NCBI GenBank assembly: GCA_001792345.1
Contig: MGGJ01000001.1
Coordinates: 292,688-356,687 of the forward strand
Reading direction: 5' to 3'
Source of the DNA: Candidatus Woesebacteria bacterium RIFCSPHIGHO2_01_FULL_39_32
Lineage (GTDB): Bacteria > Patescibacteriota > Microgenomatia > UBA8517
Length of the DNA stretch: 64,000 nucleotides
Part shown: in pieces, positions 62,882 to 64,000 of the stretch
Layout of the letters: the number at the start of each line of letters is the position of its first letter
Position numbering within the stretch: the first letter of the stretch is position 1
Position numbers and translations under genes: made by a program
The notes under the pieces: model-generated
The model's input: only the letters and a program-made list of their open reading frames with translations
Databases searched by the model: none
What the model was told of the DNA's origin: nothing

Positions 62882-63423
62882 GCCTAATGAAAAAGAGAGT
62901 ATTCATTGGAATTCCGGCTTCTAGTTTATTAAAAAAAGAAATTCTAAACTGGCAAAAATTTTATCTTAATGGTTACAGAGTAAGAAGGATAGAGCCTCAA
63001 AATCTTCATATAACTTTAATTCCTCCGTGGTATGAGCAAAACTTAGATGATGTAATAAAAAAACTTGTTTCTTTTAAAAAGTTAGCAAAGCCTTTCCCAA
63101 TACTTTTTTCTAAAGTCGAGTTAGGACCTAAAGGCCAAAAAAAAAGACTTGTTTGGTTACACTCCGAAACTCCGAGACAACTTACCAATTTGCAGGTAGA
63201 ATTGTATGATGTTTTTAAATATAAATTTAAATATAAACAGGAAAGACAATTTATTACACACTTAACCATAATGCGCTGGAATCCTAAAAAGATGAAGGTA
63301 AATAAACAACATTTTCCCGAAATTTCTTGGAAAATGGCTGTTGATCGAATATGCCTATATGAATCTAAACTTACCCCAAAGGGAGCACAATATGATATTT
63401 TAAGTGAGCATAAACTTAAATAA
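62878..63423 (+). CDS. thpR: RNA 2',3'-cyclic phosphodiesterase (2H family)
   Basis: RVFIGI, LHITL, HLTI, LYESKL...GAQY. Confidence 0.88.
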   Translation: MSLMKKRVFIGIPASSLLKKEILNWQKFYLNGYRVRRIEPQNLHITLIPPWYEQNLDDVIKKLVSFKKLAKPFPILFSKVELGPKGQKKRLVWLHSETPRQLTNLQVELYDVFKYKFKYKQERQFITHLTIMRWNPKKMKVNKQHFPEISWKMAVDRICLYESKLTPKGAQYDILSEHKLK

Positions 63424-63473
63424 TACCCATTGTAGAAAATTTAGTTGAAGATATACTTAAAATCTAAGTATAT

Positions 63474-63728
63474 ATGGAAATTCAAGTAAGAAAGCGAGAC
63501 GGAAACTTAGAACCTTGGAGTTATGATAAATTGGTAGCTGCGATTGGCAAGGCGGGAATTCCCGTCCAAGAGGCAGAAGAAATTGCTAGTAGTGTTCAAT
63601 CTTGGGCGCAACAGTCGGCTGTAGACGGTAATATTGATTCTACACAAATCCGCGACAAAGTTATTGAAGCACTAAAATCACAATTTCCTTCCGAATCAAG
63701 AAACTTTGAAACTTACAAAAAGGAGTAA
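63474..63728 (+). CDS. Stand-alone ATP-cone domain protein
   Basis: VRKRDGNLEPWSYDKL..AI..AG...STQIRDKVIEAL. Confidence 0.85.
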   Translation: MEIQVRKRDGNLEPWSYDKLVAAIGKAGIPVQEAEEIASSVQSWAQQSAVDGNIDSTQIRDKVIEALKSQFPSESRNFETYKKE

Positions 63729-64000
63729 TTAGTGTAAGAGCGATTTGACTTTTTCTACAATCTGATCAAGATTAGTATTTGCTTTAATAATATAGTCCAC
63801 AGCTCCCAAATTCAGCGCTTCATCCTTTTCTGTATCAAGATTTGTCAGTACTACGACTGGAATATTTTTTAGAGCTTCATCTTCTTTAAGGTTTTTAAGA
63901 AGTTCAAACCCATTCATTTTTCCGGGAAGCATTATATCCAAAAGTATTAAATCGGGCTTCTCTTTTTTTAGTTCAGTAAGCCCTTGGGTAGCATCAACAG
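63729..64000 (-). CDS. Response-regulator receiver protein (5' part outside the window)
   Basis: ...EKPDLILLDIMLPGKMNGFELL...IPVVVLTN...GAVDYIIK. Confidence 0.9.
   Translation of the reverse strand, partial: VDATQGLTELKKEKPDLILLDIMLPGKMNGFELLKNLKEDEALKNIPVVVLTNLDTEKDEALNLGAVDYIIKANTNLDQIVEKVKSLLH

Noticed and set aside
1-64000. CRISPR array, integron, prophage, IS or DGR
   Set aside because: No regularly spaced repeats with spacers, no attC-type ends, and no integrase, transposase, reverse transcriptase or phage structural genes recognised.
1-64000. Stop-codon reassignment (code 25) as in some CPR lineages
   Set aside because: Conserved genes are full length in code 11 and several end at TGA (rpmA, htpX, polX).

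Overview
AT-rich bacterial chromosome segment in standard code 11. The gene content, sparse biosynthesis and many promoters with a -10 box only 6-12 nt from the start codon suggest a Patescibacteria/CPR (Microgenomates-like) genome; this taxonomy is inference. It carries housekeeping genes (typA, ileS, rodA, rplU, rpmA, parB, lepB, rdgB, polX, lemA, htpX, fused gatC-gatA, gatB, dnaE, rplS, thpR), a ~17 kb surface-glycan locus (GT2/GT4/GT-C, flippase, methyltransferases, O-antigen-ligase family), four tRNA genes (Val-CAC, Thr-CGT, Gly-CCC, Asp-GTC) and many small hypothetical genes. No CRISPR array, integrase, transposase or phage module was seen. The strongest novelty candidates are non-coding. 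(1) A complete leader-peptide attenuator (MKINREQQNQNSS, with mutually exclusive 1:2, 2:3 and 3:4 helices) lies in front of gatCAB and would sense Gln-/Asn-tRNA. (2) A pyrG-like GGG-start leader with a C5/G5 terminator lies in front of a divergent IMPDH/GMP-reductase-family gene. (3) A dispersed REP-like palindrome has inserted in frame (24 nt, flanked by direct repeats) into htpX and a YraN-family gene. (4) 7- and 9-nt tandem repeats occur inside loops of core enzymes. All family assignments come from motif recognition by eye; no database search was run.
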